A DNA stretch of 64,000 nt, taken from contig NW_024704742.1 in the NCBI RefSeq assembly GCF_018977255.1, forward strand, positions 33,730,001-33,794,000, in the 5' to 3' direction. Below the pieces are notes generated by a model, which ran no database searches, had not been told where the DNA came from, and saw only the letters and a list, made by a program, of their open reading frames with translations. A program made the position numbers and the translations under genes. The DNA comes from Callorhinchus milii (taxonomy: Eukaryota). Positions 11,131 through 24,279 of this stretch are shown in pieces; positions within the stretch are counted from its first letter, which is position 1, and each line of letters starts with the position of its first letter.

Positions 11131-14100
11131 AAAAAGTTCTAACTTTCATATAAGTAAAGCTGGCAATTGTGTGTTTCATTGAATGGTGTGGAAAGTGAGC
11201 AGCTGTACATTCTGGTAACGCAGACAACTTATTATTTGGTTATAAACTGCATAACATGCATTTAATTTGGGGAATCTATTCACGTCAGATTGAAGGCTGG
11301 ATCCAGACGGGAAACTTTAGGGCGACATAAGCCATACAATAAAAGCCAGGAATACAATTTTTTTTTCTCTTACCACGAATGTTACGGACTGTAAAGATTG
11401 TTGTGAAAAAAAATCAAATGTTGGTGGTGCATATTAAATATGAAAAACAGAGATTGGAGAAAGGCGACCAAAGAAAAGCAGATTTTTCAAACAAATACAA
11501 AAGAACACACACACCACGTCGATTTCTTTAAACGTTTGCAAAAAATGTCTAATTCTTTATATATATCTATGTATATAATATGAATACATACAGACACGAG
11601 GTGAAAACGAAAAGCAAAAAAAAAACACGACAAATAATGAAACGAGGATGGGGGTAGAAGACAGAGAGAGAGAGAGAGAGAGAGGGGGGAAAAAATCCTC
11701 AAATCGTTTTCCTGTTTGTGTTGATCCGAGTCACGCACGAGTTGCAATTTTTCGTGTCCTGTTGAATATGGATCAGAGGCAACAACACCTCCTCTCGATC
11801 CCCCCCTTTCTTGTTAGTTGGCACGGCTCTGGGCCGGATTATGGATGATCGCCTTGCATTTGCACGTGTCAGTCCAGGACCCAAGAGGGGCGACGTTTCA
11901 CTGTTACCGGGTATCAATCTTCTTACTGCAGGAGGGGGGCCGAGCGCCACAGCCACAGATCACGAGAGTTCAGAGCATTAGCTGCACCCGAAACCCCGGG
12001 ACCGTCAGGGAAGTGGCATTCGTGGAAAGCCCGGGTACACCCACCGTTTGGAGAACTCCAGTGGGGGCTGCGACTGCTCAACTCGAATTGACGACGGGGA
12101 CGACACAACAGTGAAACACATCTGAAATATAACGCAGACAATGGGGGAAAAAAATCTAACAGATGGGCATCATATCAGTACCCACTGAAGTCTGCAGTTT
12201 ATTGTCATACACAAACGCGCCTCTCAATGGTCCAAATGGCTCGGATGAGCCGACGACGTGTGCACTACTCTTGATAGTAAATCTTAATCATCGTGTTTTC
12301 TCAAATAAAAGAATGGTTTGATCGAAATATACAACGCGCAATATTTTGCTTAATAGACGGTATGTATTTCGGTCCCAGGGCAACGTTGTGAAGCTTGGAC
12401 ACTAAAGACCAACTCGCTCTGCTTGACCGAGATACTTTAACGTGAGGCGGAGCTGTTACCTGGATTGGCGTTTCAAGAAAATAATGCTAACGATTTCCTG
12501 AAAGAAAGACCACGGCTCTACGTGTTTAATATTCCCAATAGACCTATTGATTTCAGGCTGAGTTTGGTCGACTGCATTACATGTAACCCTTATTTTGATA
12601 TAAAGAAGCCAATTAATACTCGAATACTGGGAGATACATTTCTATTTACATTGCACAGACCTTTAGGTAAGGCGTTCGGAGAAATTCATCCAACTTTGCA
12701 ATCATTTAATAAGAGATTTCACTTGCTTTTGCATTCTTCATCCGTATTGGTGAAAAAAAAGTTTGCTCAGGTCTCCATTGCTACAGGCAATAGACACTGT
12801 TTATTGTGCTCTCGCATAACTAATGGTAAATAACATATACCTCGTCTCTCTTTTGAAAGACGTTTATGAACCCGCAATCTTTGGAACAATCGCATCTACA
12901 TAATGGATCAATGGGACCCAATACACACTTTCTCCACTGAGATCACCTCTTCTCAGTTTGCTGTTGGGTTTGAAGTCCCCTTTGTCAGAACATCTCAAAG
13001 TACATTTTGCAGAAGGAGCGAGAGTTACAGAACCCTCATTAAATAGTTGGATCAAAGGTCCCCTGGACCTATTTTCTAAATAACGATCTGTATCGCAGGC
13101 AAGTAGAGGGGGGGGGGGGTTCCAAAAAAAAAGTCGAGCAATGAAATAATATGTGTGAAAATAGAATTAGTAAAATTAGGTTACGGAAATAAAACGTAAG
13201 GATTTCAGCCCTGGGCGAGCACTGCGAGATAGTCTGATCTATTGTTCTCCAACTTGGCAGGAGGTTTATTATGTGCTAAATAATTCCCCCAAAAGGTATT
13301 TGCATAATCACTCCTTTGATGTGACTCGAGTGTCAAAAATCAGCCATTGCCCGCGAGTGTGTGTGTGTGAGTGTGTGAGTGTGAGTGTGGGGGTGTGGGT
13401 GTGGGGGTGTAAGTGTGGGGTTGCGCGAGAAAAAAAAAAGCACCCGAAGCTTTTACGAAATTGACAGTGTGTGGCAAACGTTATGAAACAAGGTTCAACC
13501 CACGGCTTTCTCCAGTCCCTTTAATGATTGCACACACATAATGACAAAGGCTGAGCCTCTTAAGTCCTGGGTGTGATTGATCCGACTGTCCCTCCTCTGA
13601 TACCCTGTCCAACACGTGCGTGAATGCGCATAAAATACACTCCACAGGGTTTTGACGAGAAACCTTCAGAGCCGCCCATACATCAAGTGATGTTATCATT
13701 CCGGGCATTTAGATGTAAAAGCCTCAATTATCCCTTACGCTCCCGAGGAACGAGGCTGAGACTGCATTAACCCCAATTTTCTGCACATAATGTTTGCAGA
13801 TTCATTTCTGTCAGAAACCCCCCCTCCCCACCCCCTGTCCTGGACAGAAACACCCATTCGACTGCCGAAAAAACAAATAGCAGCCATCCGGTGGGAATAC
13901 TGTTGTAGTCGAAAATGATAACCTGAAAAATATCGAGTATTTTAACCATTGAAAAAGTAGGTAAGCTGCGATAGTGATGCATCCATGCATTAAAATTACC
14001 TAATGAAATATCAATTTTGATTCTATGATGATAACAATAATCCTTGCATTTGAGATAGCGCCTTATCAGGCCGTTGAGACGTCTCAGAGGGCTTCACAGA

Positions 14101-14764
14101 ATATGTTGTAAAGTGGATCGATTGTGTATTTTCTGACGAAATGCAAATCCAATTGCGCACTGCGGCGTCCCACAAACGGTCATGGATTGAGTGACCAAAT
14201 TTTTTTTGTTTTTTTTTGGAGGAATCATCTGTACGTCACAAATCCTCGTATTCTGATTTTGACATCTTTTAAAACTGATTGACCATACTTCTGCACAATG
14301 TGGGATAAGCACCCAACACTCCTGCAATACACAATCCATCAGATAAACACAAAAACAAGAGGTGCTTATAAAACAACATGAGCGCTCAGTCTTACAAACC
14401 CAACCTGAATTTGTGCATTTAAAAGCGCTAGACATACATAGAGTAGATGAAAATTCCTCTGACAATGTTCATGATAGAGGAAGAAATACATGGGGTAAAA
14501 TTCCACCTGGATCTAGATTTGCTCTATGAGTGGAGCAGCATTTCAGAGTGCGCTGAATTTGGCAAATTGTTGAATTCAGTTTTGACTTTGAAGCTCATTT
14601 TTTGTAGTTCTCAAAAGAATTTACTGAAAACTGACTTCAAAATTAATCTTCAAATCATGTATGACTCTTTTACGAAAATCTGTATTGGGTGTCCTTCAAT
14701 ATTGTTATATGTGGAATCAGTTGTTGTCTATTAATAAATTTTAAGTTTGATTTTGTATTAACTC

Positions 14765-14960
14765 TGGAATTCTCTGCCTCAGTTCCTCCTCCTTGCCCCT
14801 CACTCCCCACCTTCAAATCCCACCTAAAGACCATCCTTTTTGATCGTGCTTACGGTCACACGCTCTCTCCCCTTGACTCGTTGTCAGATGCCACCATTGT
14901 TAAATGCTCCGCGACACTACCCCGCGTGAAGGGCGCTATATAAATGCAAGTTTTTATTTA
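14765..14960 (+). mobile_element. L2 LINE 3' end
   Basis: SLPTFKSHLKTILFDRAY plus the tail gtgaagggcgctatataaatgcaag. Confidence 0.7.
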
Positions 14961-15294
14961 TATTTGCAGTGCAATTTATTGGATTAAGTTTCACCGCAAT
15001 TAACTGGGTACAGGTAGAACCGGGATGAATGCATCATTTTCTGCTTAGAGCTGTATTCCTATTTCTTGGACCTTTCCGTAATTGTGCTTTTGTATATTTA
15101 TAATGCAGCTGAAAGATGGAGAATTCCTGTCTCTCAGATTTACTTTGTTCTGCTTTTCCTTTGTTTAAATCAATGGGGTTTGGCAGTGTAACACTATAGT
15201 GCTATAGAAGTGGTCGGCACACAGTTAAGTGGTCTCTGAAGCTCTTAGGGCAAAATATTCTTGCCACGATTTGCAGCAACCTCAATGAAATCAT

Positions 15295-15560
15295 AATGCA
15301 AGCGAGAGACCTGGGTTCTATTCTCAGCATGAACCCGGTTGTTAGTCAATTAGCGTATTGCTTTTCTGGGGATAATAATCCTTAAAAAAAATTTGGTCAC
15401 TCAATCCACGACTGTGGGACACTGCTGTGTGCAATTGGCTGCCATGTTTTGCCCACAAATATACAGTCAATTCACTTTACAGTAAATTCTGTGAAGCACT
15501 TTGAGACATCTCGAAGTCATGAAAAGTGCTATATCAAACGCAAGGATTATTATAATGTTA
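15295..15560 (+). mobile_element. SINE family A, partial
   Basis: gcgagagacctgggttc...gtgggacactgctgtgtgcaattggctgcc...caaggattatta. Confidence 0.75.
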
Positions 15561-18500
15561 TAAGTTGTTATTATTAATAAAATACTGTAATATGTGATGA
15601 TTTCGTCTTTCTTCAATTCTCTTTTACCTGTCCATTTACCTGAAGATTGTGGTGGCGAATCTACACAAATGTGAATGTCTTCATACATTTCTGGTAATTA
15701 TTTTAGGTTCATGAATTTGAAAATGTCAGCACTGGGCAATCAAACTGTCTTTGTAAAGTTTATGTGCAGCAGTTGAATTCAGTACTCTTGAACAAAATTA
15801 TATTTTCTTCAATTTATCAGATGAGATAACTTCTTGTTTGGATGGATGTTAAAAATCCCATGCCACCATTCAAAAAGAGAAGGGAGTTTCTCCTGGTGTT
15901 TTAGCCAATAACATCTCCGATAAATTTGATCATTCAAGCTGTGTCCTGCTGCATTCTTTCCAGGATGCTACTCAACGTAAAGGACGCTATATAAATGCAA
16001 GTTGTTGTTATTGTTGTGTTGCATTATCTACAAAAACACGGTCACCATGCTTTACAGTAGATCCCACGAAGAGCTTTGAAATATTTCATTCATGTGATAA
16101 GGTGCTATATCAAATGCAAGGATTACATTATAATATTATTATTTTTTTCACGCTTTTAAGGTTTAGAACCTCCATCGTATTTTGACTATTTTGTTTGGGA
16201 GAAAGGTAAGCGGGTCTCCTTGCAGCTGGGCTGGCTCCAAGATGACATGCTTGGCAACAGAATGTCGGGCTTGAGAGAATCCGCTGTGGCAGACTCCTTG
16301 GTCTGGTTCTGTAATACTCTATGTATTGCCGATGACAGACCAGCCAGCCTGGCTCATCGGCAGGACTGAGAGGGGCAGACCGATCATTGGGAGCAGGGAT
16401 TCTCAGGTCTTATCTGCCAATCTATGTGTCTATGTGTGTCTGTCTATGTGTCTGTGTGTCTGTCCTTTTTAACACTTCTTGCAGTCAGGGTGCAGTTTTC
16501 ATGATCCACCCTCCCCCAAGTTTTATCCCATTTCTTGACAATCTACGACCAGAGGCTGTGTTGCTGTGTTGACACACGGTTGAATGAAGGTCTCTCTTCT
16601 ACAGCTATATTTATGGCTCTGAACAATCAAAGATTAAAAATGACGGAATCATTTTTGCGAATTAATTAAGTTCCCTTTATCCGTCCAATTGATTCCTGCA
16701 AGCACCTTCATTAATTTCAGTCGTTGGTGCTAATGGATGCTTTTTTTGGGGGGGGGGGGTGTGGGGGTGGGGGGTGGTGTGCTTGTTTGAATGAGGCATC
16801 TGTGCGATTGAAGAGAGAAAAAAGAGAAAAGGGGGACTCTGTTTACAAATCAAAAGTAATTAAAATGATGGGATCATATTCTTCTAATTACCTCGTGGAG
16901 GGGACTCAGAGTAATGTAAACCTTTTTTACATATTTATTTTCCCGAATATTTAAATAGTATTCTCTCCGTACTTAAAAGAACAGATGTGGGAGACAGCGG
17001 TTATGAGGTTAAAGTTTAGAAGCTGCAGTTGAAGTGGCTCCTTTTGGTGACTTCCACATGCAAGCAGTAAGTGCAGGACTCAAAGTCTGGAGCTTGTGCA
17101 GGTCAGCTGTCCCGCATTAAGCTGGGACGCCCAATTGCTTGTGACAGCTGAGTGTTGTGTTGGTGAGCATGTCTGAGCATCCCTCGCTTTGCAGATGGGC
17201 AACAGAAGATTTCATTCTCTACAATCTCACTCACTGGCTGGCGTCTCCACTCACTCGCACTGTTTCAGACGGCTTGTCCCAAACACTGGGCCATGTTATA
17301 CAGCTTCATGCCTTCATTAAGAGGAAGAGATGGAGCAGTTTATGAAATATAATAGCTGATTGAGGGCCCCGGCAGACAATTCGTGAACAATGTGTATCTG
17401 TAAACATGTCCATTGTGTCAATGTTCTGCTTCTATTCAGCACAGCTTCACTGGCTGTAGAACGCTTGCAGAGTTCAGAGGCTTCATTTAGCCGAGAGAAA
17501 TAACTTATACACAATTTGATTGACGTATTTATCCTGAGGTCAACTGTTCATTTAGTCGATTTTAGCCTCCAGAGAAATTCAATGCATTAAATGCTATAGC
17601 AAAGATTAGTAAACCCTATTTAACACATTGTTCATATTTGAACGGTGACTTCACGCATTTAACTTAACATTCAACGTATGAAATTGTTCAACGTTGTTTT
17701 TCAAAAAATACATATCTCGAAGTGAGTTCTGCTTCTCGCTGTGTATATTATTCATAGAATTAATAATTCACTTTCCAAACTAAATAATGTTTAGTGAAAA
17801 TAATTCAGAATATTTACAGGTCCAGTGTGCCAGCATTTTCTTCACATATTAGTATAAATGTGGCCATGCTTCAGGAGAATACTTAACTGCAGGCAAAATA
17901 CACAAATGATACTTATGATGTTGATATAAATTCACTTGCAACTCAGCATCATGTATTACTGCTACTTACTATTTCACGTTGCATAATGTTACAGTAAATC
18001 CTGCAAAAGACTTTGGGACGTCTTCCTGAAGTGAAAGACTCTATATCAAATGTGAGGATTATTATAATTGTTGAATAACTTTCAAGAAATTTCTCAATAG
18101 TATTAATGTCTAGCCTCTGCGGACAGGAAGATGGTGGCGATGCTCTCACGCATTTCATGCTGAACTGTGTTGTTCACCAGGAAGCTTGCAGGGAGTACCT
18201 GCGAGTGGTACCTATCATTAACCTAGAGATGGCTCAAACCCATGCTTGTCGGATGTCAAACGACCAATCAGTGGCTATCCTCCGGTGGAGGGGGTGGGGG
18301 GTAAACGGGATCTCAGTGGAGCTGGACTGGCTTCAAGGTGACATGTATGGCAACAGAATGTCGGAATCGAGCCAGCACTCGGTGGAGGTCTCAGGAGTCC
18401 GGTTCCTGAGCCAGGCAGGTCCGCAGTACTCCATCCTGTGCTGATGACACCACAGCCACCCTGGTTCATCGGATGGACTTGGTAGGGCAGGTGAGTCACT

Positions 18501-20632
18501 GGGATAGGAACTCTTCCCATTCAGCTCTTGTTAACCCTGTAAGCAAAAGCCCTAATGGGTAGGGTGGTCTAGCTGGACAAACAGAGGGAAAGCTTGGCAG
18601 ACAGTCAATGGTAAGCTATGTGGATTTAACTGGTTAGACTCCAGCAGTACCCCAACACACACTCTGGGGTACCCAACCTTTGCCTAATACGTTCCAGATT
18701 TAGGTAAGTAGGAAGTGTCCCTCCAGAGAGAGTGCACATTCCATTCCAATAAACATCTCTGGAATTTCCGTGTGTTCCAGGTGGAATGCATGGAACTCTG
18801 TTTGGTTTGGATACTCTTAAGCATAGCAAAGGATTTCCGCATGTGTCAGACACCTGGCTGACCAAAAAAAAAGAGAAACAGAGGTGTTTGAGTTAGATAC
18901 TACCGATGTATATTGAAAATAAGTTGGACAAGGAGAGTGGCTGGCAATTAGCATAAAAAATAAATAATGCATTTGATCTCGTTGAGAAACACTGTATATG
19001 GTGAGCATGCTATTTGGAATCACACAGAAAATAATAGCAATTATTACTGCCTGTAAAAGTTGGCCACAAAAGAAGTAAGCAGAAAAGAATGTGGATAGAT
19101 TGTATGATTGAATGGCCTGGTGTGACATCTGGGGCTGATGTAGTTCATCTGTGTAGTGACTGGAATACATGGAGTGTAATGGTCTCCAACTCTAGAGCAG
19201 AGAAGATACATAACAAGGTGAGAACCCAGTTCCTGTTTAGCAGGGTAACCCATGTCTGAGAAATTAAATAATACGATTAAGCAATGCAAAGCTGAAACAT
19301 GTATACGAACTATAAGGCATAGACATATTAGAGGAGAAGAAAGAGAATAAAATGCTAAAGCAAGTAGAGCAAGAAAGAGATTTAGGCACTACCTAAATCA
19401 TGGAATATAAAGCTTAATTGACACAACAAACTATTTAATTTCAGACAGTCCAAAGAATGCCATAATAACTGCACTAATCTAACAATGTGTTACAGTATCA
19501 TTCCGATTAAATTTCATCTGAACAGTTCTAGAGGAGTCAAGTGTGTGGCAGGCAATTTATACAGTAGTTATTCAGCCATTCAAATTTAATGGAGAGATTG
19601 AGCTTGTTAAGCATTTGAGCATCAGCAGACTGGAAGGCACCCAGGATTAGCAGCATGCAGACACAAGCTAGGAATTAATTTCCATAAGAACTAATGTCAT
19701 CACCAGTTAGAGAGTACTGAGACTTAATTGAGTTTCAACTACATTCGTGAAGATGGATGATCTCCAGACCAGTATGTTATGAGTCCTATGATCGAAGAAA
19801 CCTGCTCTATTTAAGATCATCACAGATGGGTGAGTGCCAGGTGGCAGGGGTCATGTAGTAAGGTGAAGGAGTGGCCATTTGAGATATCAGCTCTTTCTCA
19901 CATGTTTAAATTCACTTTGCACTGAAGTGAAAACAGGTGCTCCTTGCAGATCAAGTAGGGAATCTCTGAGTGGTCAATGAATGGAACAGATAATTCCATC
20001 TCAAAACGTATTTCCTTCACCCTAATAGCTCTGGTTAAAAATCCACAAAGATCGATCTGAAGCAATGTTGAATGACAAACAATTATCCTCTCCTCAGCAC
20101 CATCTTGCAAGAATGGAAGGTAAGTAATTTCAGCACAGAAATATACAATTGCTTCACATCTGTCAACCTTGGCATAGTGGTGTGGTGGGACCACTTCAGG
20201 AGTAGTTTGGCAATGGGTATGTTAATTGGTGATGAGTGAAGTTGGATGAAAGGAATAAGACTGCCCAATTTAGAGGCTAATAGGTCTCATGGTCTTAGTC
20301 TTTATAGAATGTGGGGGGTCAATACTGCTGTTCCTAAATCAAGAAATAGTACAGAAATTGTGGTTTAAAAATGTGCTTTAAAATTCTTCCTTAGTGAAAG
20401 GTGTGGGGCTGAACACCCCGCTTTCCCTAACTTATCTCAGAATGGAAATGCCACCATCTTATTAATGTACCAGGAAATCTGACTTTTTTTTCACACCAAC
20501 GAGGCTAATATCTGCCAAAAAAAAACTTCAAGTCTTTTCCAATCCTCACAGACATCTTTTATTGTGATAGGTGGTGTTCAATCCCCAATCTGCTATTATG
20601 GGCAGATCCCAGTGAAGCGGTCCTTGACTATG

Positions 20633-20729
20633 CCCAGTGATAGTTAAGGAACTGTCCTTAACTACTCTATCCCCAATGATAGTTAAGGAACTGCCCTTAA
20701 CTACTCTATCTCCAGTGAGAGTTAAGGAA
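20633..20729. repeat. 39-bp tandem repeat (about 2.5 copies) with an internal hairpin
   Basis: TAGTTAAGG-N6-CCTTAACTA at 20641-20664 and 20680-20703. Confidence 0.85.
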
Positions 20730-23700
20730 AAGAACATGTTTACGAATACCTTTTTTAAAATTTGACCTCATTATTATAAAATTTAAGATCATGCAACAGT
20801 TTAGAAAATGTTAAACTCAATCTTAATTTGGAAGCCAGTTAAAAGAATTTAACAAAAATAACTTTGTTCTAACATAACAATCCTTACATTTAATACAGCG
20901 TCTTATCACGTCATCAAGACATCTCAAAGTGCCTCACAGAATAAACAGTAAAGCGGATTGACTGTGTAGTTTGTGGGTGAATCATCGAACAATATTAAAG
21001 AGGTGATCTATATGCATTTTGACAATGAAGGCTTGTAATCGGAAATCCCAATACATGCAGATATTTTATGGTATAATATAATTACTGTGGCATAGAATGG
21101 TCATCCCTGTGAGTTGCCACTGACACTGACACAGCAAAATGCTGTGAGATATATTATTCCTATTTTCGTATTTAATGAAAGGTCATTGTGATGCCATTTT
21201 ATAAATAATTAATAATGTTATTGATGGTACAGTTTACAGACATTCTTTAACACAGTTAAGTATAAAGACAAAGATACCTTATCCATCAGCACAAATGTCC
21301 ATTTTGATGTTGAAAGATTACGGTTTATAAACTTTTTTTCTGAAATTAATGAAAGCTGAATCTATTGCGCTATTTTTAAAGCCTTAGGTCCCATTCTGTG
21401 AATTGTGTAAAACATGTGTAAATGTTTTATGTGGGAATGTTTACACCGACCAGTTCCAGTGAGTTGATCTATTATGCGAGTTGTGTAAACCATGTGCAAA
21501 AAGAAGTGTAAACATATGTGTACAGAAGGAATTAAAGGCAGTTTTCACGATGGGATTATCAACCATAGTTTACACATGGTTTGTACAACTCATATAATGA
21601 CCCTTTGTAAGTGTAAATGATACCATCGGGGTATTAATACGACTTGTATTTATTTAGTAGTCATTTTGTTCTTATTTTGTGAAAGTGTATTTTATCTGTT
21701 GTTTTCTGTGTCTATTAACCGATTAATGCATTCATTCATGTCAGTCATTTACTCTGTTTGCCCATGGTTCATTCATAAATCCAGTGATGTATTTCTTCTG
21801 TTTTGTCTTCTGTCAGTAAGGTGATTACTCATGTTGTCGATCAGTCAGCAAGTTCGTGAGTTATTCATTGTACCTTTTCATCAGTCTTTTAGACTGACAG
21901 TCAACCAATATGCCCACAAATAGGTCTGTCTATAACTTGATAAACTACAAGGGTCTTCAAATGAACAAAACTATTTCTTTCAAACATTTTCCACACTGGA
22001 AAAAATGGATTGTTACAATAATCAATAATTTAATCTGTTTATCAAAAAAACAGTAAGTCTGTTGATTGCAAGCATACAACAAATTTTGTTTTTCATGTAT
22101 TGTCAGAGAGAACCTAGGAATCCATTGTTTTTTACTTTGTATAGCAGAGCTGAAGAATCCATGAACAACAACAACAAATTACATTTGTATACCACCCTAC
22201 ACATCAGGAGGATATCCCAAGGTTCTGGACAGTCAGGGATCTGCACCTGAGCTGGTGGTGGGATTCAGGGGGGTGGAGGGCGGAGAGGGTAGTGGATAGG
22301 AGGGTGACCAAAGGCATAATCAAAGAGGAATGTCTTGAAATGCGTCTTGAAGGAGGCATGAATGAAATATGATAAACTTATCTTGCCCAGTAACTGGTTC
22401 TTGGACATATTAGCTCCAGGATGACAACCCCAGAAGAACGATCTATGGTTAGTGCTTAACCCCCTGGTACTGTACCTAAATCCTAATTAGCAGGGAAATC
22501 TGGATTTGCAGCCAAAGCTACTGAGGAGTTTGGTACTTTTGATTGGTGGTACAATGGGCTTCTTGCAGGACCTGAGAGAGGATATAAGGGAAAACAACAG
22601 TCTATTACAATGTATTACTGTTGCAAATTGGTGTTAATATACCCCAGACGTGTTCCTGAGGCTAATAATCACTTTGTTGTGGTGATTGATGCTCATGTTG
22701 TGGGTGGTTCTGGAACTTCATTCTGATCGGCTGCTCTTTTGATGTAGTTACGACTCTTACCCGAGACTATCAGTCACACATTGGAACTAGTTGGTGTAAA
22801 CATTCCCACGTAAAACATTTAATTCTTTTGACTTCAAAACTCTTCAACTGTTTAAGAATAAACACACTGAAATTTTGACCTAATGTTGTTTTACGCAAAG
22901 AAAAATAATGTATGTAATTTTGTATGTGAGGGTAGTTTAATTGTATATGTTTTTAATTTTCTCCCCAGATGTATTAATTTGCAATATTTCAGGAATAAAA
23001 TGAGCCACAGAATTTCAACCCTTAAGAGCACCCGCACTGCAGATTCAGTTACTTTTGTCATGTGAAAAGTTATCTGGGTCCATTGGGAAGTCCATTGCTC
23101 TTTTGACTGAACAACATTTTCCTGTAAGGTTCCATGTGGGGTCGAGCTTTTATCAGTCAATCAGTTATTCACTTTGTCAATCACGTCTTTGTTCACTCAG
23201 TTAGATATCTGATCAGTCAGAAAGCCAGTTGATCAGTGTTTTAGTCACTTAGTCACATCTTTTTCTCTCTCAGTCTTACTGTTAGTTTTAGTTTCTGATT
23301 GACAGACTTTTTTTCCTGTCTTCATCAAACTTCCTTTGTCTATTTCTCTGTGAATTTAACACCACTCACTTTTTCTATGTCCATCTGTTGGTTCCTCTTT
23401 GTTGGTTGGGTAATCTTTTTCAGTCAATCTGTTATTGTCTATCCCTGTTGCTCTGTCTCTCTCTCTCTCTACTCTGTCAGATGGACTGAAAGTGAGACAG
23501 AAAACCGAAACATTGGTACTGACAGTGTATGTGTGGGTGTGTGTGGGTTGCGAGAGAGAGATGGAGAGAAAAAAAACATGCATGTATCTGCTTTTCTTTT
23601 CTACTTTAATCTTAACCTATCAATATTTGTTTTACGCAGTTAGCCTCTTTCTCTTAGTGTCAATTTGTTAATAATCTTACTGTCAGATCAACAGATCCAC

Positions 23701-23904
23701 CAACAATAACTTGTATGAATTTCTTCAAGCGCTTCACAAAGAAAATGGAGATCACTGGAGGAGAGGAGGAGGAATTTGAGGATATTGTCGAAAGGCACAG
23801 CCAGATGTAAGTTTTAAGATGGCTTTGCTTATAGCACAGTGAAAGGCCCAAGGTGAAGGGATTTTGGGAGTGATTTCCAGAGAGTGGTGACAAAGGCGCC
23901 ACTG

Positions 23905-24279
23905 ATAATAATAATAATCCTTGCATTTCATATAGTGCCTTATCATGTCTTTGAGAGTTCTCAAAGTGCTTCACAGAATATACTGTCAAGTGAATTGATG
24001 TACATTTTGTGGGCAAAACGAGGCAGCCAATTGTGCACAGCAGTGTCCCATAAACAGTTGTGGTTTGAGTGACTAAATTATTTTGATTTATTTTGAAGGA
24101 ATTATTACACCCGGAAAAGCGATCAGCCGATTGACTAACAACCGGGTTCCTACTTACTGCTAGGTAAACAGAGGCGTGTAGAGTAAGGAAACTTGACCAA
24201 GGCTTTGACCTGCTGAGAATCGAACCCAGGTTCTCTCGCTTGCGAGGTGAGTGGTCTAACCACTAAGTTACAGGACTCC
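23905..24279 (-). mobile_element. tRNA-derived SINE, full length (family A)
   Basis: Reverse-complement copy of 25580-25935. Confidence 0.88.
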
